From the human T2T-CHM13v2.0 reference genome, Homo sapiens: a stretch of 64,000 nucleotides of DNA. The stretch lies in contig CP086569.2 in the NCBI GenBank assembly GCA_009914755.4, forward strand, positions 27,744,001 to 27,808,000, in the 5' to 3' direction. Positions 12,610-25,012 of the stretch are shown in pieces. The notes beneath the pieces are model-generated. The model was not told the DNA's origin, made no database searches, and saw only the letters and a list, made by a program, of their open reading frames with translations. How positions within the stretch are numbered: the first letter of the stretch is position 1; each line of letters begins with the position of its first letter. A program made the translations under genes and the position numbers.

Positions 12610-15600
12610 ATGGGGTGGATTGGAACACTATGTGGTGGAGTGGAGTGTAGTGGATCGGAGTGGAGTGCCGTGGAGTGGACTAGAGTAGGGTGGAGTGGAG
12701 TGCATTGGAGTGGAATGGAGTGGAGTGGGGTGGAATGGAAAGGAATGATATCAAATCGCATGGTAATGAATCAAATGGAATGAAATAATGGAATCGAAGG
12801 CAAACGAATGGAATCGAATTGCACTGATTCTACTGACTTCGAAGAAAATGAAATGAAACGCGGTGAAGTGGAGTGGAGTGGAATGTATTAGGGTGGAATG
12901 GAATTGAATGGTGTGGAGTGGAGTGGAGTGCCCAGGAGTGGAATGGGAAGAAATGGAATTGAACGGAGTGGAGTGGAGTGGAATGGAGGGTAATGGCGTG
13001 GAATGGAGTGGAGTGGAGTAGAGTGGAATGGGTTGGAATGGAATGCAGAGGACAGGAGTGGAGTGTGGTGGACTGGAGTGGAGTGGAGTTGAGTGGAGTG
13101 GATTGGATTGAAATAGAGCGGAGCAGAGTGGAATGGAATTGAATCACATGGTATTGAATCAAATCGAATGGAATTAAATCGAATGAAAAAACGGAATCAA
13201 AAGCAAACGAATGGAGTCAAACCACATTGGTTAGACTGACATCGAATAATATCAAAAGAAATGTGGTGAAGTGGAGTGGAGTGTACTGAAATGGGGTGGA
13301 ATGAAATTGAATGGAGTGGAGTGGAGTCTACTGGAGTGGAATGGAATGGAATGGAAAGGAATGGAATAGAATGGAGTGAAGTGCAGTGCAGTGAAATGGA
13401 GTGGAAAGGAATGGAATGGAAAGAATTGAATCAAATGGAACCGAAGTGAATCGAATCTAATGAAATTGAACGCAAATTGTGGAATGAGTAGAATCGAAAA
13501 AGATGTATTCAAATGGCAACAAATAAAATTGAATGGAATGCGGTGAGGTGGAGGGGATTGGAATGGATTTGAATGGAATGTGGTGTAATTGAATTGAATG
13601 GAGTGGAGTGGAGTGAACTGGAGTGGAATGGAATGGAATGGGCAGACATGGAATTGAAAGGCGTGGAGTGGAGTGGAATTGAGAGGAGTGGAATGGAGTA
13701 GGGTGGATTGTGGTGGAGAATAATGGAAAAGAGTGGAGTGGAATGGAACGGATTGGAGTGGAGTGGAATGGAATGGAATTGAGTGAAGTGGAGTGTAGTG
13801 GAATGGAGAGTAATGGAGTGGAGTGGACTGGAGTGGAGTAGATTGCAGTGCATTGGACTGTAGGGGATGGAAGTGGATTGGAGTCCATAGGAGTGGAGTG
13901 GAATGGAATGGAATGGAGTGGAATGGACTGGAACGGAATGGATTTAAATGGCAGGGAATCAAATCGAATTGAATCATATTGAATCAAGTCGAATCGAGTG
14001 GAGGAAAGAAATCGAATGAAATCGAATGGAATGAATTGAATGGAGTCGAATGTCAACCATGGAATCAAAAGTAATGTGGTAAAGTGGAGTGGAGTGGAGT
14101 GTTATGGAGTGGAATGGAATGGGGTGACATGGAATTGAATACAGTGGAGAGGAGTGGAGTGGATTGGGCTAGAGTTGAACGGAAAGGGAAGGAATGGAAC
14201 TAAATGGAGTGGAGTGGAATGGAGTGGAATGGAATGGAATGGAATGGAATGGAACGGAATGGAGCAAAATGGAATCGAATCACATGGAACTGAATGAAAC
14301 CGAATTGAATGAAATTCAATGGAGAAAATGGAATCAAATGGAATCAAATCGAACGGATTCGAATGTCATTGAATGGAATCGAAAGGAATGCAGTGAGGTG
14401 GGGTTGAGTGGAATGGAGTGGAATGGAATGGGATGAATGGAATTGAATGGAGTGGAGTGGAATGGAATGGAATGGAAAGGACTGGAATTGAACAAAATGG
14501 AGTGTAGTAGAATGGAGTGGATTGGAGTGGAGTGCAGGGGAGTGCAGTGGAATGAAGAGGAGTGTAGTTGAATGGAATGGAATGTATGGAATGTACTGGA
14601 ATAGAATGGATAAGAAAGGAATGGAATGGAATCGCATGGAATTGAATAGAATCAAATCGAATTGAATAGAATCCAATGGAAAAAATGGAGTCAAATGGAA
14701 TCGAATGGCATAGAATCGAACGGTTTTGAATGGCAGTGAATGGAAACGAATGGAATGCGATGAAGTGGAGCGCAGTGGAGTGGAAAGGAGTGCAATGGAA
14801 TAGGGTGGAACTGCATTTAATGGAACAGAGTGGATTGGAGTGGACTGGAGTGGAATGGAATGGGAAGGAATGGGATTGAAAGGAGTGGTGTGCAGTGGAG
14901 TGGAGTGGCATGGAGTGGAGTGGAGTGGAATGGAGTGGAATGGAATGGAGTGGAATGGAGTGGATTGGAATGGAATGGAGTGCAGAGGAATGGAATGGAA
15001 TGGTATAGAGTGGACAGGAATGGAGTGGAGTGGATTGGAATGGAATGGAATGGAATGGAATGGAACTGAATGGACTGGAATGGAATGCAATAGAATGGAA
15101 TCACAGGGAATCAAATTGGATTGAATCGAATCGAAAGGAAAAAAATGAAATCAAATGAAATTGAATGGAATCGAAATGAATGTAAACAATGGAATCCAAT
15201 GGAATCAAATGGAATCGAATCAAATGGTTTTGAATGGCGTAAAATGAAATCGCAAGGAAGACAGTGAATTGGAGTGGAGTCGAATAGAGAGGAATGAATT
15301 GGAATGGAGTGGATTGGAATGGAGTGGATTCCAGTGGAGTGGAGTGGATTGGATTTTAATGGAATGGAATAGACTGGATTGCAGTGGTGTAGATTGCAGT
15401 GGATTGGAGTGGAGAGGAATGGAGTGGAGTGAAGTCGAGTTGAGTGGAATGGAATGGAGTGGAGCAGAGTGGAATGCAAAAGAATGAAGTGGATTGGTGT
15501 GGAATGGAATGGCGTGGAATGGAGTAGAATAGAATGGAATGGAATCGCATGGAAGGATATCAAATCAAATGGAATCGAACGAAAATTATGAATCCAATGG

Positions 15601-15701
15601 AATCGAAAGGATTCCAAAGGAACGGATTCGAAAGGCATTTAATGGAATGGAAAGGTATGCAGTGAAGTGGAGTGGAGTGGAGGGGATTGTTTTAGAGTGA
15701 A
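12610..15701 (+). repeat. HOR unit 5 (alpha1, variant b grading into c), 3092 bp
   Basis: Anchors at 12610 and 15702; the 5' part is identical to units 3 and 4, while the 3' part carries variants shared with units 6 and 7. Confidence 0.75.
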
Positions 15702-18700
15702 ATGGGGTGGATTGGAACACTATGTTGTGGAGTGGAGTGTAGTGGATCGGAGTGGAGTGCCGTGGAGTGGACTAGAGTGGGGTGGAGTGGAGTGCATTGG
15801 AGTGGAATGGAGTGGAGTGGGGTGGAATGGAATGGAATGGCATCAAATCGCATAGTAATGAGTCAAACGGAATGAAATAATGGAATCGAAGGCAAACGAA
15901 TGGAATCGAATTGCACTGATTCTTCTGACTTCGAACAAAATGAAATGAAATGCGGTGAAGTGGAGTGGAGTGGAATGTATTAGGGTGGAATGGAATTGAA
16001 TGGTGTGGAGTGGATTGGAGTGCCCAGGAGTGGAATGGGAAGAAATGGAATTGAACGGAGTGGAGTGGAGTGGAATGGAGGGTAATAGAGTGGAATGGAG
16101 TGGAGTGGAGTAGAGTGGAATGGGTTGGAATGGAATGCAGAGGACAGGAGTGGAGTGTGGTGGACTGGAGGGGAGTGGAGTTGAGTGGAGTGGATTGGAT
16201 TGAAATAGAGCGGAGCAGAGTGGAATGGAATTGAATCATATGGTATTGAATCAAATCGAATGGAATTAAATCGAATGAAAAAACGGAATCAAAAGCAAAC
16301 GAATGGAGTCAAACCACATTGGTTAGACTGACATCGAATAATATCAAAAGAAATGCGGTGAAGTGGAGGGGAGTGTACTGAAATGGGGTGGAATGAAATT
16401 GAATGGAGTGGAGTGGAGTGGAGTCTACTGGAGTGGAATGGAATGGAATGGAAAGGAATGGAATAGAATGGAGTGAAGTGCAGTGAAGTGAAATGGAGTG
16501 GAAAGGAATGGAATGGAAAGAATTGAATCAAATGGAATCGAAGTGAATCGAATCTAATGAAATTGAACGCAATATGTGGAATGAGTAGAATCGAAAAAGA
16601 TGGATTCAAATGGCAACAAATAAAATTGAATGGAATGCGGTGAGGTGGAGGGGATTGGAATGGAGTTGAATGGAATGTGGTGTAATTGAATTGAATGGAG
16701 TGGAGTGGAGTGAACTGGAGTGGAATGGAATGGAATGGGCAGGCATGGAATTGAAAGGCGTGGAGTGGAGTGGAATTGAGAGGAGTGGAATGGAGTAGGG
16801 TGGATTGTGGTGGAGAATAATGGAAAAGAGTGGAGTGGAATGGAACGGATTGGAGTGGAGTGGAATGGAATGGAATTGAGTGAAGTGGAGTGTAGTGGAA
16901 TGGAGAGTAATGGAGTGGAGTGGACTGGAGTGGAGTAGATTGCAGTGCATTGGACTGTAGGGGATAGAAGTGGCTTGGAGTCCATAGGAGTGGAGTGGAA
17001 TGGAATGGAATGGAGTGGAATGGATTGGAACGGAATGGAATGGAATGGATTTAAATGGCAGGGAATCAAATCGAATTGAATCATATTGAATCAAGTCTAA
17101 TCGAGTGGAGGAAAGAAATCGAATGAAATCGAATGGAATGAATTGAATGGAGTCGAATGTCAACCATGGAATCAAAAGTAATGTGGTAAAGTGGAGTGGA
17201 GTGGCGTGTTATGGAGAGGAATGGAATGGGGTGACATGGAATTGAATACATTGGAGAGGAGTGGAGTGGATTGGGGTAGAGTTGAACGGAAAGGGAAGGA
17301 ATGGAACTAAATGGAGTGGAGTGGAATGGAGTGGAATGGAATGGAATGGAATGGAATGGAACGGAATGGAGTGCAATGGAATAGAATCACATGGAACTGA
17401 ATGAAACCGAATTGAATGAAATTCAATTGAGAAAATGGAACAAATGGAATCAAATCGAACGGATTCGAATGTCATTGAATGGAATCGAAAGGAATGCAGT
17501 GAGGTGGGGTTGAGTGGAATGGAGTGGAATGGAATGGGATGAATGGAATTGAATGGAGTGGAGTGGAATGGAATGGAATGGAAAGGACTGGAATTGAACA
17601 AAATGGAGTGTAGTAGAATGGAGTGGATTGGAGTGGAGTGCAGGGGAGTGCAGTGGAATGAAGAGGAGTGTAGTTGAATGGAATGGAATGTGTGGAATGT
17701 ACTGGAATAGAATGGATAAGAAAGGAATGGAATGGAATCGCATGGAATTGAATAGAATCAAATCGAATTGAATAGAATCCAATGGAAAAAATGGAGTCAA
17801 ATGGAATCGAATGGCATAGAATCGAACGGTTTTGAATGGCAGTGAATGGAAACGAATGGAATGCGATGAAGTGGAGCGCAGTGGAGTGGAAAGGAGTGCA
17901 ATGGAATAGGGTGGAACTGCATTTAATGGAACAGAGTGGATTGGAGTGGACTGGAGTGGAATGGAATGGGAAGGAATGGGATTGAAAGGAGTGGTGTGCA
18001 GTGGAGTGGAGTGGCATGGAGTGGAGTGGAGTGGAATGGAGTGGAATGGAATGGAGTGGAATGGAGTGGATTGGAATGGAATGGAGTGCAGAGGAATGGA
18101 ATGGAATGGTATAGAGTGGACAGGAATGGAGTGGAGTGGATTGGAATGGAATGGAATGGAATGGAACTGAATGGACTGGAATGGAATGCAATAGAATGGA
18201 ATCACAGGGAATCAAATTGGATTGAATCGAATCGAAAGGAAAAAAATGAAATCAAATGAAATTGAATGGAATCGAAATGAATGTAAACAATGGAATCCAA
18301 TGGAATCAAATGGAATCGAATCAAATGGTTTTGAATGGCGTAAAATGAAATCGCAAGGAAGACAGTGAATTGGAGTGGAGTGGAATAGAGAGGAATGAAT
18401 TGGAATGGAGTGGATTGGAATGGAGTGGATTCCAGTGGAGTGGAGTGGATTGGATTTTAATGGAATGGAATAGACTGGATTGCAGTGGTGTAGATTGCAG
18501 TGGATTGGAGTGGAGAGGAATGGAGTGGAGTGAAGTCGAGTTGAGTGGAATGGAATGGAGTGGAGCAGAGTGGAATGCAAAAGAATGAAGTGGATTGGTG
18601 TGGAATGGAATGGCGTGGAATGGAGTAGAATAGAATGGAATGGAATCGCATGGAAGGATATCAAATCAAATGGAATCGAACGAAAATTATGAATCCAATG

Positions 18701-18802
18701 GAATCGAAAGGATTCCAAAGGAACGGATTCGAAAGGCATTTAATGGAATGGAAAGGTATGCAGTGAAGTGGAGTGGAGTGGAGGGGATTGTTTTAGAGTG
18801 AA
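15702..18802 (+). repeat. HOR unit 6 (alpha1, variant c), 3101 bp
   Basis: Anchors at 15702 and 18803; pseudo-ORFs 15772..16254, 16289..16609, 16554..17084 and 17209..17601 are identical to their unit-7 counterparts. Confidence 0.8.
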
Positions 18803-21800
18803 ATGGGGTGGATTGGAACACTATGTTGTGGAGTGGAGTGTAGTGGATCGGAGTGGAGTGCCGTGGAGTGGACTAGAGTGGGGTGGAGTGGAGTGCATTG
18901 GAGTGGAATGGAGTGGAGTGGGGTGGAATGGAATGGAATGGCATCAAATCGCATAGTAATGAGTCAAACGGAATGAAATAATGGAATCGAAGGCAAACGA
19001 ATGGAATCGAATTGCACTGATTCTTCTGACTTCGAACAAAATGAAATGAAATGCGGTGAAGTGGAGTGGAGTGGAATGTATTAGGGTGGAATGGAATTGA
19101 ATGGTGTGGAGTGGATTGGAGTGCCCAGGAGTGGAATGGGAAGAAATGGAATTGAACGGAGTGGAGTGGAGTGGAATGGAGGGTAATAGAGTGGAATGGA
19201 GTGGAGTGGAGTAGAGTGGAATGGGTTGGAATGGAATGCAGAGGACAGGAGTGGAGTGTGGTGGACTGGAGGGGAGTGGAGTTGAGTGGAGTGGATTGGA
19301 TTGAAATAGAGCGGAGCAGAGTGGAATGGAATTGAATCATATGGTATTGAATCAAATCGAATGGAATTAAATCGAATGAAAAAACGGAATCAAAAGCAAA
19401 CGAATGGAGTCAAACCACATTGGTTAGACTGACATCGAATAATATCAAAAGAAATGCGGTGAAGTGGAGGGGAGTGTACTGAAATGGGGTGGAATGAAAT
19501 TGAATGGAGTGGAGTGGAGTGGAGTCTACTGGAGTGGAATGGAATGGAATGGAAAGGAATGGAATAGAATGGAGTGAAGTGCAGTGAAGTGAAATGGAGT
19601 GGAAAGGAATGGAATGGAAAGAATTGAATCAAATGGAATCGAAGTGAATCGAATCTAATGAAATTGAACGCAATATGTGGAATGAGTAGAATCGAAAAAG
19701 ATGGATTCAAATGGCAACAAATAAAATTGAATGGAATGCGGTGAGGTGGAGGGGATTGGAATGGAGTTGAATGGAATGTGGTGTAATTGAATTGAATGGA
19801 GTGGAGTGGAGTGAACTGGAGTGGAATGGAATGGAATGGGCAGGCATGGAATTGAAAGGCGTGGAGTGGAGTGGAATTGAGAGGAGTGGAATGGAGTAGG
19901 GTGGATTGTGGTGGAGAATAATGGAAAAGAGTGGAGTGGAATGGAACGGATTGGAGTGGAGTGGAATGGAATGGAATTGAGTGAAGTGGAGTGTAGTGGA
20001 ATGGAGAGTAATGGAGTGGAGTGGACTGGAGTGGAGTAGATTGCAGTGCATTGGACTGTAGGGGATAGAAGTGGCTTGGAGTCCATAGGAGTGGAGTGGA
20101 ATGGAATGGAATGGAGTGGAATGGATTGGAACGGAATGGAATGGAATGGATTTAAATGGCAGGGAATCAAATCGAATTGAATCATATTGAATCAAGTCTA
20201 ATCGAGTGGAGGAAAGAAATCGAATGAAATCGAATGGAATGAATTGAATGGAGTCGAATGTCAACCATGGAATCAAAAGTAATGTGGTAAAGTGGAGTGG
20301 AGTGGCGTGTTATGGAGAGGAATGGAATGGGGTGACATGGAATTGAATACATTGGAGAGGAGTGGAGTGGATTGGGGTAGAGTTGAACGGAAAGGGAAGG
20401 AATGGAACTAAATGGAGTGGAGTGGAATGGAGTGGAATGGAATGGAATGGAATGGAATGGAACGGAATGGAGTGCAATGGAATAGAATCACATGGAACTG
20501 AATGAAACCGAATTGAATGAAATTCAATTGAGAAAATGGAACAAATGGAATCAAATCGAACGGATTCGAATGTCATTGAATGGAATCGAAAGGAATGCAG
20601 TGAGGTGGGGTTGAGTGGAATGGAGTGGAATGGAATGGGATGAATGGAATTGAATGGAGTGGAGTGGAATGGAATGGAATGGAAAGGACTGGAATTGAAC
20701 AAAATGGAGTGTAGTAGAATGGAGTGGATTGGAGTGGAGTGCAGGGGAGTGCAGTGGAATGAAGAGGAGTGTAGTTGAATGGAATGGAATGTATGGAATG
20801 TACTGGAATAGAATGGATAAGAAAGGAATGGAATGGAATCGCATGGAATTGAATAGAATCAAATCGAATTGAATAGAATCCAATGGAAAAAATGGAGTCA
20901 AATGGAATCGAATGGCATAGAATCGAACGGTTTTGAATGGCAGTGAATGGAAACGAATGGAATGCGATGAAGTGGAGCAGAGTGGAGTGGAAAGGAGTGC
21001 AATGGAATAGGGTGGAACTGAATTTAATGGAACAGAGTGGATTGGAGTGGACTGGAGTGGAATGGAATGGGAAGGAATGGGATTGAAAGGAGTGGCGTGC
21101 AGTGGACTGGAGTGGCATGGAGTGGAGTGGAGTGGAATGGAGTGGAATGGAATGGAGTGGAATGGAGTGGATTGGAATGGAATGGAGTGCAGGGGAATGG
21201 AATGGAATGGTATAGAGTGGACAGGAATGGAGTGGAGTGGATTGGAATGGAATGGAATGGAATGGAATGGAACTGAATGGACAGGAATGGAATGGAATAG
21301 AATGGAATCACAGGGAATCAAATTGGATTGAATCGAATCGAATGTAAAAAATGAAATCAAATTAAATTGAATGGAATCGAAATGAATGTAAAGAATGGAA
21401 TCCAATGGAATCAAATGGAATCGAATCAAATGGTTTTGAATGGCGTAAAATGAAATCGCGAGGAAGGCAGTGAATTGGAGTGGAGTGGAATAGAGAGGAA
21501 TGAATTGGAATGGAGTGGAGTGGAATGGAGTGGATTCCAGTGGAGTGGAGTGGATTGGATTTTAATGGAATGGAATAGACTGGATTGGAGTGGTGTAGAG
21601 TGCAGTGGATTGGATTGGAGAGGAATGGAGTGGAGTGAAGTAGAGTTGAGTGGAATGGAATGGAGTGGAGCAGAGTGGAATGCAAAAGAATGAAGTGGAT
21701 TGGTGTGGAATGGAATGGCGTGGAATGGAGTGGAATAGAATGGAATGGAATCGCATGGAAGGATATCAAATCCAATGGAATCGAACGAAAATTTTGAATC

Positions 21801-21907
21801 CAATGGAATCGAAAGGATTCCAAAGGAACGGATTCGAAAGGCATTTAATGGAATGGAAAGGTATGCAGTGAAGGTTAGTGGAGTGGAGTGGATTGTTTTA
21901 GAGTGAA
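18803..21907 (+). repeat. HOR unit 7 (alpha1, variant c), 3105 bp
   Basis: Anchors at 18803 and 21908; identical-protein pseudo-ORFs recur from unit 6 at +3101 bp. Confidence 0.8.
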
Positions 21908-24900
21908 ATGGGGTGGATTGGAACACTATGTGGTGGAGTGGAGTGTAGTGGATCGGAGTGGAGTGCCGTGGAGTGGACTAGAGTGGGGTGGAGTGGAGTG
22001 CATTGGAGTGGAATGGAGTGGAGTGGGGAGGAATGGAATGGAATGGCATCAAATGGCATGGTAGTGAATCAAATGGAATCAAATGGAATGAAATAATGGA
22101 ATCGAAGGCAAACGAATGGAATCGAATTGCACTGATTCTACTGACTTCGAAGAAAATGAAATGAAATGCGGTGAAGTGGAGTGGAGTGGAATGTATTAGG
22201 GTGGAATGGAATTGAATGGTGTGGAGTGGAGTGGAGTGCCCAGGAGTGGAATGGGAAGAAATGGAATTGAACGTAGTGGAGTGGAGTGGAATGGAGGGTA
22301 ATGGAGTGGAATGGAGTGGAGTGGAGTAGAGTGGAATGGGTTGGAGTGGAATGCAGAGGACAGGAGTGGAGTGTTGTGGACTGGAGTGGAGTGGTGTTGA
22401 GTGGAGTGGATTGGATTGAAATAGAGCGGAGCAGAGTGGAATGGAATTGAATCACATGGTATTGAATCAAATCGAATGGAATTAAATCGAATGAAAAAAC
22501 GGAATCAAAAGCAAACGAATGGAGTCAAACCACATTGGTTAGACTGACATCGAATAATATCAAAAGAAATGCGGTGAAGTGGAATGGAGTGTAATGAAAT
22601 GGGGTGGAATGAAATTGAATGGAGTGGAGTGGAGTGGAGTCTACTGGAGTGGAATGGAATGGAATGGAAAGGAATGGAATAGAATGGAGTGAAGTGCAGT
22701 GCAGTGAAATGGAGTGGAAAGGAATGGAATAGAAAGAATTGAATCAAATGCAATCGAAGTGAATCGTATCTAATGAAATTGAACGCAAAAAATGGAATGA
22801 GTAGAATCGAAAAGATGGATTCAAATGGCAACAAATAAAATTGAATGGAATGCGGTGAGGTGGAGGGGATTGGAATGGAGTTGAATGGAATGTGGTGTAA
22901 TTGAATTGAATGGAGTGGAGTGGAGTGAACTGGAATGGAATGGAATGGAATGGGCAGGCATGGAATTGAAAGGCGTGGAGTGGAGTGGAATTGAGAGGAG
23001 TGGAATGGAGTAGGGTGGATTGTGGTGGAGAATAATGGAAAAGAGTGGAGTGGAATGGAACGGAATGGAGTGGAGTGGAATGGAATGGAATTGAGTGAAG
23101 TGGAATGCAGTGGAATGGAGAGTAATGGAGTGGAGTGGACTGGAGTGGAGTAGATTGCAGTGCATTGGACTGTAGGGGATAGAAGTGGCTTGGAGTCCAT
23201 AGGAGTGGAGTGGAATGGAATGGAATGGAGTGGAATGGACTGGAACGGAATGGAATGGAATGGATTTAAATGGCAGGGAATCAAATCGAATTGAATCATG
23301 TTGAATCAAGTCGAATCGAGTGGAGGAAAGAAATCGCATGAAATCGAATGGAATGAATTGAATGGAGTCGAATGTCAACCATGGAGTCGAAAGTAATGTG
23401 GTAAAGTGGAGTGGAGTGGAGTGCTATGGAGTGGAATGGAATGGGGTGACATGGAACTGAATACAGTGGAGAGGAGTAGAGTGGATTGGGCTAGAGTTGA
23501 ACGGAAAGGGAAGGAATGTAACTAAATGGAGTGGAGTGGAATGGAGTGGAATGGAATGGAATGGAATGGAATGGAATGGAACGGAATGGAGTGCAGTGGA
23601 ATCGAATCACATGGAACTGAATGAAACCGAATTGAATGAAATTGAATGGAGAAAATGGAATCAAATGGAATCAAATCGAACGGATTCGAATGTCATTGAA
23701 TGGAATCGAAAGGAATGCAGTGAGGTGGGGTTGAGTGGAATGGAATGGGATGAATGGAATTGAATGGAGTGGAGTGGAATGGAATGGAATGGAACGGAAA
23801 GGAATGGAATTGAACAAAGTGGAGTGGAGTGGATTGGAGTGGAGTGCAGGGAGTGCAGTGGAATGAAGAGGAGTGTAGTTGAATGGAATGGAATGTATGG
23901 AACGTACTGGAATGGGATGAATAAGAATGGAATGGAATGGAATCGCATGGAATTGAATAGAATCAAATCGAATTGAATAGAATCAAATGGAAAAAATGGA
24001 GTCAAATGGAATCCAATGGCATGGAATCGAACGGTTTTGAATGGCAGTGAATGGAAACGAAAGGAATGCGATGAAGTGGAGCGCAGTGGAGTGGAAAGGA
24101 GTGCGATGGAATAGGGCGGAACTGAATTTAATGGAACATAGTGGATTGGAGTGGACTGGAGTGGAATGGAATGGGAAGGAATGGGATTGAAAGGAGTGGC
24201 GTGCAGTGGAGTGGAGTGGCATGGAATGGAGTGGAGTGGAATGGAGTGGAATGGAATGGAGTGGAATGGAGTTGATTGGAATGGAATGGAGTGGAGAGGA
24301 ATGGAATGGAATGGTATAGAGTGGACAGGAATGGAGTGGAGTGGAATGGAATGGAATGGAATGGAATGGAATGGAACTGAATGGAATGGAATTGAATGGA
24401 ATAGAATGGAATCGCAGGGAATCAAATTGGTTTGAATCGAATCCAATGGAAAAAATGAAATCAAATGAAATTGAATGGAATCGAAATGAATGTAAAAAAT
24501 GGAATCCAGTGGAATCCAATGGAATCGAAACAAATGGTTTTGAATGGCTTAAAATGAAATCGCATGGAAGGCAGTGAATTGGAGTGGAGTGGAATAGAGA
24601 GGAATGAATTGGAATGGAGTGTAGTGGAATGTACTGGATTCCAGTGGAGTGGAGTCTATTGGATTGGAATGGAATGGAACAGATTGGATTGGAGTTGTGC
24701 AGAGTTGAGTGGACTGGATTGGAGAGGAATGGAGTGGAGTGAAGTCGAGTTGAGTGGAATGGAATGGAGTGGAGCAGAGTGGAATGCAACAGAATGAAGT
24801 GGATTGGTATGGAATGGAATGGCGTGGAATGGAGTGGAATAGAATGTAATGGAATCGCATGGAAGGATATCAAATCAAATGGAATCGAACGGAAAATTAT

Positions 24901-25012
24901 GAATCCAATGGAATCGAAAGGATTCCAAAGGAATAGATTCGAAAGGCATTGAATGGAATGGAAAGGAATGCAGTGAAGTGGAGTGGAGTGGAGTGGATTG
25001 TTTTAGAGTGAA
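21908..25012 (+). repeat. HOR unit 8, chimeric: alpha1-type 5' part and alpha2-type 3' part (switch at ~23.3-23.8 kb), 3105 bp
   Basis: Pseudo-ORF 22138..22470 matches alpha1 variant a. From about 23383 onward the unit carries alpha2-diagnostic variants: 'ccatggagtcgaaag', 'aacgtactggaatgg...ataagaatgg', a 10-bp loss in 'gagtggaatggaatgggatga', and the 'MEGSELEW...' tail. It ends at an alpha2-type anchor ('ctctatggggtgg') at 25013. Confidence 0.7.

Larger units (their letters stand above)
1..23350 (+). repeat. Domain 1: ~7.5 tandem copies of a ~3.1 kb higher-order repeat (alpha1 type); unit boundaries taken at the motif 'gtgaaatggggtggattggaacactatg'
   Basis: The boundary motif (the ATG that opens the pseudo-ORF 'MGWIGTLCGG...') recurs at 158, 3269, 6397, 9503, 12610, 15702, 18803 and 21908. 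The spacings are 3111, 3128, 3106, 3107, 3092, 3101 and 3105 bp. Pseudo-ORFs such as 388..720, 3499..3831, 6616..6948, 9723..10055 and 12830..13162 are identical or differ by 1-2 residues. Confidence 0.85.
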
